Positions 28,501-36,377 of a stretch of 64,000 bases of DNA are shown here, piece after piece (within the stretch, counting starts at the first letter, position 1; every line of letters begins with the position of its first letter). Source of the stretch: Poseidonia sp. (lineage in GTDB: Archaea > Thermoplasmatota > Poseidoniia > Poseidoniales > Poseidoniaceae); the NCBI GenBank assembly GCA_965661285.1, contig CBFIDD010000001.1, positions 256,001 to 320,000 of the forward strand, written 5' to 3'. The notes under the pieces are model-generated. The model saw only the letters and a program-made list of their open reading frames with translations, had not been told where the DNA came from and made no database searches. A program made the position numbers and the translations under genes.

Positions 28501-31094
28501 AAGCGGGCCGCTTAGGATGCGCCGACACCGATAGCGACGGGTACGCCGATGTTGACGATGCCTTCCCCAACGAAGGAACGCAATGGGCCGACAGCGACGG
28601 CGATGGTTACGGCGACGAGGCCTCTGGATTCCAAGGCGATGCGTGCCCCTCGACCGTTGGTACGTCCTCCCGAGACCGGTTCGGGTGCACCGATTCGGAC
28701 AACGACGGCTCTTCAGACGGCGACGCGACGTGGACGGTGGCCAACGGTGCCGATGCGTACCCCAGCGACAGCACCCAATGGGCGGACACCGACGGCGATG
28801 GCTACGGCGATAACCCATCGGGCACCAACGGCGATGCATGCCCCTCACAAGCAGGAAACTCCACGTCCGACCGACTCGGATGTCCCGACACCGACGGCGA
28901 TGGTTATTCCGACCCCGATGGGGCATGGGGCGTGAACGAAGGCGCCGATGCTTATCCCAACGACCCGAACCGTTGGGGCGACATCGATGGCGACGGCTAC
29001 GATGACGGCTTGGACGATGACTGTCCAGCCCTCTACGGCACATCCATGCACGACCGAAACGGCTGTCCCGACCAAGACGGTGATGGCTATTCCGACCCTG
29101 ACAGCGTCTGGACAACAGCCGAGGGAGCTGATGCATTCATGACCGATGCCACGCAATGGAACGACACCGACGGCGATGGCTACGGCGATAACCCCGGTGG
29201 AACCCTTCCCGATGCGTGCCCTGCAGTGTTTGGTTCTTCGTGGCAAAACAACACCTACGGCTGCCCAGACGGCGACCTCGACGGTTGGGCCGATAGCGAA
29301 GATACCCATCCCGACGACAACACGCAATGGGCCGATAGCGATGGGGATGGCTACGGCGACAATCCTGGCGGCACCCTACCCGATGCCTGCGTCAACCAGT
29401 GGGGCAATTCCACGCTCGGAAACCGCATGGGTTGCCCCGATAACGACGGCGACGGGTGGGAAAACAACATCGATGCCTTGCCCGAACTACCAACCCAGTG
29501 GCTGGACCAGGACGGAGACGGCTACGGCGACAATGCGACGGGCCTGCAACCCGATGCGTGCCCCGGTGAAGCAGGAACGTCTTCCATCGGTTTACTGGGT
29601 TGTGTCGACGATGACGGAGACGGCCATGCCAACCTCACCGACGATTTCCCGAACGACCCAACACGATGGATCGACACGGACAACGACGGATTTGACGACG
29701 CTGAGGACAACTGTCCGCTCCTTTTCGGAAATTCCACCACCGACCGCACCGGCTGTGTTGACAGCGACGGTGACGGGGTCTCGGACCCCACGCTCCCCGT
29801 CGGAAACACCAGCGGATGGAACACCACAGACGGTGCCGATGCCTTCCCGGCTGACCCCACGCAAAGCGCCGACGCCGATGGCGATGGCTTCGGAGACGAC
29901 CCTGCCGGTTATCAGGCGGACGTGTGCCCTTCCGAAGCCGGCTTTTCAAACGTGGACCGGTTTGGCTGCGTGGATGAGGACGGCGACGGCATCTCAGATG
30001 CCAACGATGCCTTCCTCGCCGATGCCACGCAGTGGAGCGACGGTGACGGCGATGGCTACGGCGACAACCCCAACGGAAGCCAACCCGATGGTTGTCCTGC
30101 GGTCTCCGGGACGTCCACCCTCGGCACTTTCGGTTGCCCTGACGGAGATGGCGATGGGGCCGGCGATGCTGAGGACTTGTGGCCAAGCGATGCAAGCCAG
30201 TGGTTTGACAGCGACGGCGACGGTTACGGCGATGAAACGAGCGGTACGGACGGAGATGCTTGCCCCAACCAAATGGGGACCTCGGCCGCTGGTGGCACCT
30301 TTGGATGTCCGGACCAAGACGGCGATGGCTGGGCCGACAGCGATGATGCCTTCCCAGAGCAACGCAGCCAATATACTGACAGCGATGGCGATGGATGGGG
30401 CGACAACGCCTCCCTTGGCGCACACAAGCCCGACCACTGGCCCAACGACGCCTCTCGGAGTTCGGCTGAAGCGTCCATGACCTGTACGCCCCTCACCATC
30501 GATGTGGACCTCGCCGCTAGCGGCTGGTTCACCTTTACGTGCACCATCACCACCTCCATGAGTTCGGCCTTTGCTGCGAATGTGAATTGGCAAGCGACCG
30601 CGAGCATCGCCGGAGAAACCTCTGGCCACCTGCTGACCTTTACTTCAGCGACAGGCAACACGCAGACGGTCACCTTCTCTGGAAATGCCAAAGATGTCGG
30701 GAATCATCAGTTGTTGCTCTCAGCGACCGAGCCCGGTGCAGAATACCCGATGGACACCGTCACCGTGGTCATCAAAGCCAGCGATTCCAATGCGCCCGTC
30801 GAGGTGGCCGATGAAACCGAAAGTTCCCTTATCACCGTCATGACCGAGAACACGATGGTTCAGGCCGCCCTTGCCGGCCTGGTGCTCTTTGTCCTGATGG
30901 GGACCTTGATGATTCGAGGGCAGAACAGGAAGGCTCGGGAAGACGACCGCCGCATGATGCGCGCTGCAGAACTGCGCCAGTCCCGCGGACTGGCGGACCT
31001 GCCCGCTCGCAACCTGGTGCAAAACCAATCGCAGCCACGCGTCCCACGAGAGCGTACGGACTCCGTGTTCAGTGATTTCAGGAGAAAACGGTGA
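25503..31094 (+). CDS. Secreted S8 subtilase with long thrombospondin type 3-like repeat region and C-terminal TM anchor
   Basis: Catalytic triad VADTG / HGTHVAG / GTSMATP; DxDGDG repeats. Confidence 0.95.
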   Translation: MQTQRRRTSLVFFALLLVQVLSPLAFVQADQSTYQPDTDAALEWLEQVGVSPTTTAEHGWMNADEAAGSSALLYRDVQLVATEEWRERTGETQVDGYHILGHTYPVPSEWFNELADAGIDCFSFLPPASFHCHVNGQTPAQLEQLDVLGLAAMDASDKVQTDLLRGLLGLDMVAYNPFVNDEGAIVNVVLSGETLPEGLTQRSDIVLDTHSGRFATMAIDTDGLAWLVQQDAVEWVEPRPFYEIMNSKGIEVMNVDDMWSSTNMANIDSSWAGLDGSGIIVTVADTGLDNGVNNSNMHPDFSDHITGILSFPPPASVCTAFSLSPCGDDAEDHDGHGTHVAGSVLGDGTHSNGDIIGAAPEAHLLFHAIATTHNSEEKLLGIPNDLDDMFALAWENDSRIHTNSWGSAVAGQYTSSSMQADASARTHDEMVILFAAANEGADADRNGEIDLDSMGSPATAKNVLTVGASENDRGNMTWVWGSTDYGSPISNDRLADNPEGMAAFSSRGPTDDGRLKPDFSAPGTMILSAKSRSTTDTGWLAHNASYTYMGGTSMATPLTAGASALLLEHLMENLGESNPTSALVKAIFTASAHDMTGQYSSSTNGAGEAAPNDHEGWGRINMSQAINTSYLYNHSVTTDADSGWSFNVPASADDINIALAWTDPASTPAASTNLVNDLDLALKSPSGTWTNLSNNLDNLRGLTLASPAQGTWEVHVVGTSVPTGPQFFALAMTGDYTLTNLTQDADMDGYEDDDDDCNNTAGTSTADRTGCPDTDGDGYSNPDSNWTVNQGADAFPSEPTQWADSDYDGYGDNAVGDEPDACTSTAGNSTGDRFGCTDTDGDGYSDPDSGWTVANGADACTSVAGPSSQDRNGCADQDGDGYSDPDGSWGTTNGADAFPTDATQWADADGDGYGDNPPPATSGDACPSTNGGSDQDRYGCTDTDGDGYSDPDSGWTVANGADAFASDATQWVDTDGDGYGDNASGNSPDACPTQAGTSTQAGRLGCADTDSDGYADVDDAFPNEGTQWADSDGDGYGDEASGFQGDACPSTVGTSSRDRFGCTDSDNDGSSDGDATWTVANGADAYPSDSTQWADTDGDGYGDNPSGTNGDACPSQAGNSTSDRLGCPDTDGDGYSDPDGAWGVNEGADAYPNDPNRWGDIDGDGYDDGLDDDCPALYGTSMHDRNGCPDQDGDGYSDPDSVWTTAEGADAFMTDATQWNDTDGDGYGDNPGGTLPDACPAVFGSSWQNNTYGCPDGDLDGWADSEDTHPDDNTQWADSDGDGYGDNPGGTLPDACVNQWGNSTLGNRMGCPDNDGDGWENNIDALPELPTQWLDQDGDGYGDNATGLQPDACPGEAGTSSIGLLGCVDDDGDGHANLTDDFPNDPTRWIDTDNDGFDDAEDNCPLLFGNSTTDRTGCVDSDGDGVSDPTLPVGNTSGWNTTDGADAFPADPTQSADADGDGFGDDPAGYQADVCPSEAGFSNVDRFGCVDEDGDGISDANDAFLADATQWSDGDGDGYGDNPNGSQPDGCPAVSGTSTLGTFGCPDGDGDGAGDAEDLWPSDASQWFDSDGDGYGDETSGTDGDACPNQMGTSAAGGTFGCPDQDGDGWADSDDAFPEQRSQYTDSDGDGWGDNASLGAHKPDHWPNDASRSSAEASMTCTPLTIDVDLAASGWFTFTCTITTSMSSAFAANVNWQATASIAGETSGHLLTFTSATGNTQTVTFSGNAKDVGNHQLLLSATEPGAEYPMDTVTVVIKASDSNAPVEVADETESSLITVMTENTMVQAALAGLVLFVLMGTLMIRGQNRKAREDDRRMMRAAELRQSRGLADLPARNLVQNQSQPRVPRERTDSVFSDFRRKR
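27730..30450 (+). repeat. Intragenic degenerate tandem repeats encoding TSP3-like Ca-binding units
   Basis: Recurring DAFP.D.TQW.D.DGDGYGDN...DACP...G.S..DR.GC.D.DGDG unit. Confidence 0.9.
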
Positions 31095-31154
31095 GCAAAC
31101 CATCCGAACCGATTGCCTCAAAGAGGAGAGGCTTGTCGCCGTGATTACCACACT

Positions 31155-31226
31155 GCGGATATGGTGAAGTGGTTATCATCTGAGGTTTCCAACCTTATGT
31201 CGTGGGTTCGACTCCCGCTATCCGCA
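31155..31226 (+). tRNA. tRNA-Gly(TCC)
   Basis: GCGGATA/TATCCGC acceptor, TGAGG-TT-TCC-AA-CCTTA anticodon arm, GTGGG-TTCGACT-CCCGC, A73. Confidence 0.95.
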
Positions 31227-31326
31227 CCTCCCAATCGGTCAAGAGAGCGCCCGTTTTCGCGGGTCAACCGGGCAAGCATGAAAGGCTCAACAGCACAACG
31301 AGCATCCAACACCTCGGTGATGATGC

Positions 31327-31980
31327 ATGGATTTCCTCTCGCTTTGTTTGCTCACGCTTTGGCTCTACCTTCCCGGCTTTTTGGCCAACACCTTCGCCAT
31401 GATGTGGGGGAAATGGTTGCCCAAAACCGGCTACGGCCCCTGGCCCATCGACGGGGGGCGCGTGCTTGCTGACGGCAACCGGATGTTGGGGGACGGAAAG
31501 ACATGGAACGGGCTGATCGGCGGCTCCCTCACATCAGGCCTGTTGTGCATGCTTCTGGCTTCCTTGGTCAGCACGGGGGACATGGCAACCGCCTTCGATG
31601 ATGGGGCAACGGTCTTTGCCCACCCCCTGACGGGTTCCGAGGGGGCGTGGTTTTCCATCGGGGGCGCCAACACCACGGCTTTTGTTCTGGGAAGCTTCCT
31701 CGGATTTGCATGTCTGGTCGGCGACAGCACGGGCTCCTTTTTCAAGCGCCGACGAGGGCTGAAGCGAGAGGGTGACATCTCCTCCAAAGCACCGCTTTTG
31801 GACACCCTGCCCTTCGCCATCATGGTCTTCCTATGGGGCCAATTATTCCTCGGCTCATCCATTCTGGCAGCCGAGGAATTGCGCCTTCCTATGTTGGCAC
31901 TGGTGGCCATCACGCCGGTGCTGCACCGTTCGTTCAACCTCATCGGGTACAAAATTGGGTGGAAAGATGTCCCCTACTGA
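31327..31980 (+). CDS. carS: CDP-archaeol synthase (DUF46)
   Basis: PIDGGR...DG.R.LGDGKTW.G, GD..GSFFKRR, APLLD, KDVPY. Confidence 0.92.
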   Translation: MDFLSLCLLTLWLYLPGFLANTFAMMWGKWLPKTGYGPWPIDGGRVLADGNRMLGDGKTWNGLIGGSLTSGLLCMLLASLVSTGDMATAFDDGATVFAHPLTGSEGAWFSIGGANTTAFVLGSFLGFACLVGDSTGSFFKRRRGLKREGDISSKAPLLDTLPFAIMVFLWGQLFLGSSILAAEELRLPMLALVAITPVLHRSFNLIGYKIGWKDVPY

Positions 31981-32035
31981 ACCTGGACTTAGGACCGAAG
32001 CGAACCGCTATGAAGACGGGCCTAACCCGATGGTC

Positions 32036-33454
32036 ATGAGCATGCGAGGCCAAGCGGTTTCTCGGGCGTTTTTGCTTGGCTTGTTGATGGTGGTTGCGCC
32101 GCTCTCAGGGTGCATCGGAGAAGGCGAAACCGCCTCGACCGTTGACCTTGATGCAGCCCTCACCATCGACGGTTCGTCTCCGCAAGACGCCCAAGTTCGA
32201 GCAGGCGAATGGCACGATGTGCTTCTCCTGGGCGAGGATCTGCGCCTCTCGGCCCCCGCCCACGATGTGCTCTTGTTTGTTGATGGCGTCATCGACATCG
32301 ACAGTTCTGTCCCTGTAGATGGTGACCGTGTGCTCGTCCAGATGTTGACCACGCCCTACACCGAATTTGTTGAACTGGTCGTGTGGCACAAGGATGGAAC
32401 AAAATCGGTGTTCAACCGCACGGTGAGCAACGGCACCCCCATTCTTGCGGGTGAGGCGTGGTACGAAAAGATGGATTACATCACCTGCGACACACCTTCG
32501 GACGATTGCGGTGCGTACAACGGACGATGGATGGGAAGTCCAAACCCCCAATTCGAACGTGCTGCATCGTATTTCCAAGGCCACTTTGAGGGGCTTGGCT
32601 ATGAGACTCACCTGATGCGTGTGGTCGACCACCTCAACCCGAGTCAGCCTGAATCGCTCAATGTCATTGCGTGGAAGCGTGGCACCTCGGACGATTGCGT
32701 GCAGGGCATGGGCTCGCACATGGACATCGCTCCCCCCGGAGGCCCTCCCGGCGGTGGAACCGCCGAAGGTGCTTACGACAACACCGCCGGCACGGTGGTC
32801 ATGATGCTCTACGCACAGGCACTGGTTGACATTGAAGTGGAGTGCGACACCTTCCTCGGCTTGTGGTCCTCCGAAGAAGAAGGACTACGAGGCTCCAACG
32901 CGTTTGCCAACAACGATTGTGAGGCGTGTTTGCCTCAGGACAAAGAACTCCGATTTTACATCAACATGGACATGATGGGCATCTCATGGCCCGCCCACAA
33001 AGAAAACGGCGACCCCTTCCCCTATCACGCATGGTCCGGCCCCGACATCGACCCAGAAGTGCAGGATGTTGAAATTACCAGCATCGTTGACCACGTGCAT
33101 CGAAACGTGCTCAACGCACCCATGGACCTGCGCATCGACGGGACCTACGGAGCGGGTTGCGACAACCACTGGGAGGAACACAGCGACTTGGTCATGGACG
33201 TGCATGAGGACAGTTTCGGTCGGTCCGACCACGTCACCTTCCGTAACCTTGGCGCACAGACCATTTTCCACCTGGGAGCCTACGACGACGATTACTCGGC
33301 CTACCACTCGCCTCAAGACACGTTGGAAAACATGGTCGCAGTGGTCGGTGGGCAAGAAAACCTCGAGGAAAGTTTGGAATTTGTCATGTGGGCGGCGTTC
33401 CTTGAGTTCATTTTCGCCGACCAAACTCCCGAAATTCGAAACGTCAACGCCTGA
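32036..33454 (+). CDS. M28 family metallopeptidase, lipoprotein-like
   Basis: LSGCIG lipobox-like, SHMD, GAYDNTAG, EEEGLRGS, NMDM, RSDH, YHSPQD; exact start uncertain (32030/32036/32042). Confidence 0.9.
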   Translation: MSMRGQAVSRAFLLGLLMVVAPLSGCIGEGETASTVDLDAALTIDGSSPQDAQVRAGEWHDVLLLGEDLRLSAPAHDVLLFVDGVIDIDSSVPVDGDRVLVQMLTTPYTEFVELVVWHKDGTKSVFNRTVSNGTPILAGEAWYEKMDYITCDTPSDDCGAYNGRWMGSPNPQFERAASYFQGHFEGLGYETHLMRVVDHLNPSQPESLNVIAWKRGTSDDCVQGMGSHMDIAPPGGPPGGGTAEGAYDNTAGTVVMMLYAQALVDIEVECDTFLGLWSSEEEGLRGSNAFANNDCEACLPQDKELRFYINMDMMGISWPAHKENGDPFPYHAWSGPDIDPEVQDVEITSIVDHVHRNVLNAPMDLRIDGTYGAGCDNHWEEHSDLVMDVHEDSFGRSDHVTFRNLGAQTIFHLGAYDDDYSAYHSPQDTLENMVAVVGGQENLEESLEFVMWAAFLEFIFADQTPEIRNVNA

Positions 33455-33498
33455 GGGTTTGAACGAAACTTCTTGTAGAACATAACACAAGTTGCCGT

Positions 33499-35154
33499 GT
33501 GGATGTCTACGGGGCGTCGAGTTCTGATGAGACGGTTTCACCGTCATGGCTTAAGCACCCCGCTTTGGCCATTGGTGTCGGGTTTCTCCTGGCCTTTGGC
33601 GAGATGATCGTCCGTTTGCTCAGTGGTAAGAATACAGTGGACGCCATTTGGCCCCACGCTGTTCGTTCGCTGGAATGGACCATGACACTGCGCAACGCTC
33701 CAACACTGACGCTGACCTTCATGTTCATCGTGGCTGGGGCAGCCTACGCCTTACGAAAAGCCATCACACGGCATGAGCGCCAACCGGGTTGGACGCTGTT
33801 CCCTCTCGCTTGTGTGGGTTTCCTGCTCGGGCTCATCTCGCTTCACGTTCTGATGGATGTCTTCTACCTTCGAGGTGCGTTTCTTCTTCTCCCGACGCTC
33901 ATGGGGTGGACGTTGGCCTGCTTGCTCGTGGGGCTTTGGGGACCTCCGGTCTTGCGCCGTTCGGGCGAATCTAAGGTGGCCCCCGCTCGGGTGGTCCACA
34001 TGCTCGGCGTGTTTTTCGCAGCCTGGCTCGTTATGCCGGGTGTCCCGGCCGTCGTCGGCTTTGCACCCGCACCCCCGGCAACTCCCTCGATGGGCTACGG
34101 CTCCTTCCCCGGACCCTTCACGGTGGAACAATACCGCTCGCCCTACACGCTTCCTGACGAGGTGCTTGCGGTTCAGGGCGATTTGGAGGACGATGTGGAA
34201 TTTAGCGTGTACATCACCCTGCCCAACCTTCCCGAAGACATCACCTTCAGCAGCATGCCGTTGGCGGTTCTCCTCCACGGATTTGGCTATCCTGATGTTG
34301 ACGCCTACCAGGATTGGATCAATCACCTTGCTGGAAAAGGGATGGCGGTCGCCTTCATTCAATACCCCTCCGACCTTCGTCCAGAAGGGCATGAAACGCA
34401 CGAAGCCACCTACGACCAAGGCATGACGGATTACCTGCAACACGTCCAACGAGACCTTGCGATTCGAGCTGCCCTTGACCATCTGGATGCGATTCTGCTT
34501 CAACCAGAGCGAGAACCCCAGCTGGAAGAACACCTCGGTCAGCGCCATGTTGACCCGTCGGTGCTGTGGGCAGGCGGCCACAGCCTGGGTGCTGCTTACA
34601 CATTCATCACGCTCGACGATGTGCTGAAACATGGATGGGGCAGTCGCGCTCTCGTGGTTGCCCTCGAATCGCCTGCACATCGCCCCATGCAGCCTCATCT
34701 CCACCCTGACCTCTCCCAACTTCCCAACGAGACACTGGTCCAAATCGGAATTCCGGAAGACGACATGACCGTGGGTGTCTGCCCCGGAGCGTTCCACCAA
34801 CAACTCTTTTCTTCGCTCCCCGAAGAGCGCAACCAACTTCTCGAAATTCAATCCGACCTCTACGGGTTCCCACGACTGGTCGCTAGCCACTACCTCCAAA
34901 CCGACCCGGCCCACGACACCCTCTCCGATTGGAGTTTTTACCGACGCGTCGACGCCCAAGCGGATTACCTGGTCGCCATGGGGCGAGAAGACACCTTTAC
35001 GGCCGATTGGGCCTATCAGTATCTGACGGACGAAACCATGCTGACCGACATGGGAGCGTGGTCCGACGGCACGCCCGTGTTGCCGCTGATTTGGCACACC
35101 AACGCCATTGAGGAAGTCTCTGCGTTCCAGGACTGCCTTGCGAACACAACTTGA
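33499..35154 (+). CDS. Membrane-anchored alpha/beta hydrolase
   Basis: N-terminal TM helices, LLHGFG, GHSLG nucleophile elbow; start uncertain. Confidence 0.82.
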   Translation: MDVYGASSSDETVSPSWLKHPALAIGVGFLLAFGEMIVRLLSGKNTVDAIWPHAVRSLEWTMTLRNAPTLTLTFMFIVAGAAYALRKAITRHERQPGWTLFPLACVGFLLGLISLHVLMDVFYLRGAFLLLPTLMGWTLACLLVGLWGPPVLRRSGESKVAPARVVHMLGVFFAAWLVMPGVPAVVGFAPAPPATPSMGYGSFPGPFTVEQYRSPYTLPDEVLAVQGDLEDDVEFSVYITLPNLPEDITFSSMPLAVLLHGFGYPDVDAYQDWINHLAGKGMAVAFIQYPSDLRPEGHETHEATYDQGMTDYLQHVQRDLAIRAALDHLDAILLQPEREPQLEEHLGQRHVDPSVLWAGGHSLGAAYTFITLDDVLKHGWGSRALVVALESPAHRPMQPHLHPDLSQLPNETLVQIGIPEDDMTVGVCPGAFHQQLFSSLPEERNQLLEIQSDLYGFPRLVASHYLQTDPAHDTLSDWSFYRRVDAQADYLVAMGREDTFTADWAYQYLTDETMLTDMGAWSDGTPVLPLIWHTNAIEEVSAFQDCLANTT

Positions 35155-35179
35155 AAAGGAATACAAGAGATTTGTAACC

Positions 35180-35605
35180 ATGGCGGAAGCCCATGTTACC
35201 AACGATGTCAAATCGTTGTGGAAGTGGATAGGGGGATCGGCTTTCCTCGCCTCCATGTGTTGCTTCCCAAGCGTCGTTCTCGTCCTCTTTGGGCTTGCCA
35301 GCGTTTCAAGCGCAGCAGCCCTGTCAAACGATTTGTATTGGGGGACCAACGGTATGTGGTGGTTCCGACCGCTTTTGACGGCGCTCAGCGCAGGTCTTGT
35401 CGCCCTCGGCCTGTTCATTTATTTCCGAAACCAAGGCATCTGCTCACTTGACGAGGCAAAACGCCAGCGAAAGCGGATTGTCAACACGTCGTTGGTCGTG
35501 TTCCTGTTGTCAACCATCACGTACATCGTGTTCAATTTCGTCGTGTTGACCGAACTCGGTGTGGCCCTTGACCTGCCGTGGGAGAGCAGCCGATTGTGGA
35601 ATTGA
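35180..35605 (+). CDS. MerT-like small membrane protein
   Basis: ASMCC.P in the first TM, WFRP, further Cys; 3 TM helices. Confidence 0.6.
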   Translation: MAEAHVTNDVKSLWKWIGGSAFLASMCCFPSVVLVLFGLASVSSAAALSNDLYWGTNGMWWFRPLLTALSAGLVALGLFIYFRNQGICSLDEAKRQRKRIVNTSLVVFLLSTITYIVFNFVVLTELGVALDLPWESSRLWN

Positions 35606-35606
35606 T

Positions 35607-36377
35607 TCAGGCACCGCTTCGTTGGGTTTTACACCCAACACCCCAATCCGGCTCGGCCTCCATCGCCCTGCGTGTTTGTTCGAGAAGCACGTCCTCGGGC
35701 GTCGGTGAGGTAGGGGTTGCGGACGTGTACGCCAGCGATAAATGATAACCGCTTTCCGTCCAATATTGCAATTGGATTTTTGATTTTTCAATTGAAATTT
35801 GGTCGGTTTCATTCTCAATTGGAATTTCAATTTCCCGGGGGTTGAGGTGCATCCCTTGGCCCAGACATTTTTGCACCGCTTCCTTCCCCGTCCACAAACG
35901 GAAAACATGCTCCGGTGCTTTGCGAAGGCGCTCGAGTTCGCTGCCTTTGGCCATCATATCGAAGGCGTTCTCTGCGAGGGTTCGGTCAACGGGTTCTGCA
36001 TCAAGTCCCACCCGAAGAGCAGGGGGTGCGAGGGCGACAAACGCCATGCCGTCACTGTGAGAAATCGAAACATTCGGTAGCGGCGTTCGTCTCCAAACAC
36101 CTTGAATGAAATGGATGGAAGGTGCCCTGAACTCGTCCCTTCGTACTTCCAGCACCGAGAGGTCGCCCACGCCCCACCATTCGAGCGCCTCTCCCAAGAG
36201 GCGGCGGCCCGTCAAGTGTTCACAACGACGCTTTCCGGTGACGAACGTCTGAACCTCGCTCGCCTGTGCAAGAGGAACCTCCGCAAGGTTCCAGTCCCGC
36301 ACGGGCATGACAAACACCTCCACCTTTCCATCGGGAGGCGTGAGCCGTTGAATCCCCACGCCAGACCCCTCGCTCAT
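35607..36377 (-). CDS. Sfp-type 4'-phosphopantetheinyl transferase
   Basis: SISHS, VGLDAE, WTGKEAVQKCLGQG; ATGA overlap with the megasynthase stop. Confidence 0.92.
   Translation of the reverse strand: MSEGSGVGIQRLTPPDGKVEVFVMPVRDWNLAEVPLAQASEVQTFVTGKRRCEHLTGRRLLGEALEWWGVGDLSVLEVRRDEFRAPSIHFIQGVWRRTPLPNVSISHSDGMAFVALAPPALRVGLDAEPVDRTLAENAFDMMAKGSELERLRKAPEHVFRLWTGKEAVQKCLGQGMHLNPREIEIPIENETDQISIEKSKIQLQYWTESGYHLSLAYTSATPTSPTPEDVLLEQTRRAMEAEPDWGVGCKTQRSGA

Noticed and set aside
27730-30450. Possible CRISPR or DNA repeat array
   Set aside because: Repeats are in-frame and degenerate at synonymous sites, so they are protein repeats; no cas genes or repeat-spacer pattern seen in the window
31772-32035. 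N-terminal extension of the M28 peptidase ORF
   Set aside because: It overlaps carS; the signal peptide begins near 32036
33751-35418. 555-aa minus-strand ORF (likewise 43247-44812, 48778-50211, 59655-61091)
   Set aside because: Antisense shadows of motif-supported genes
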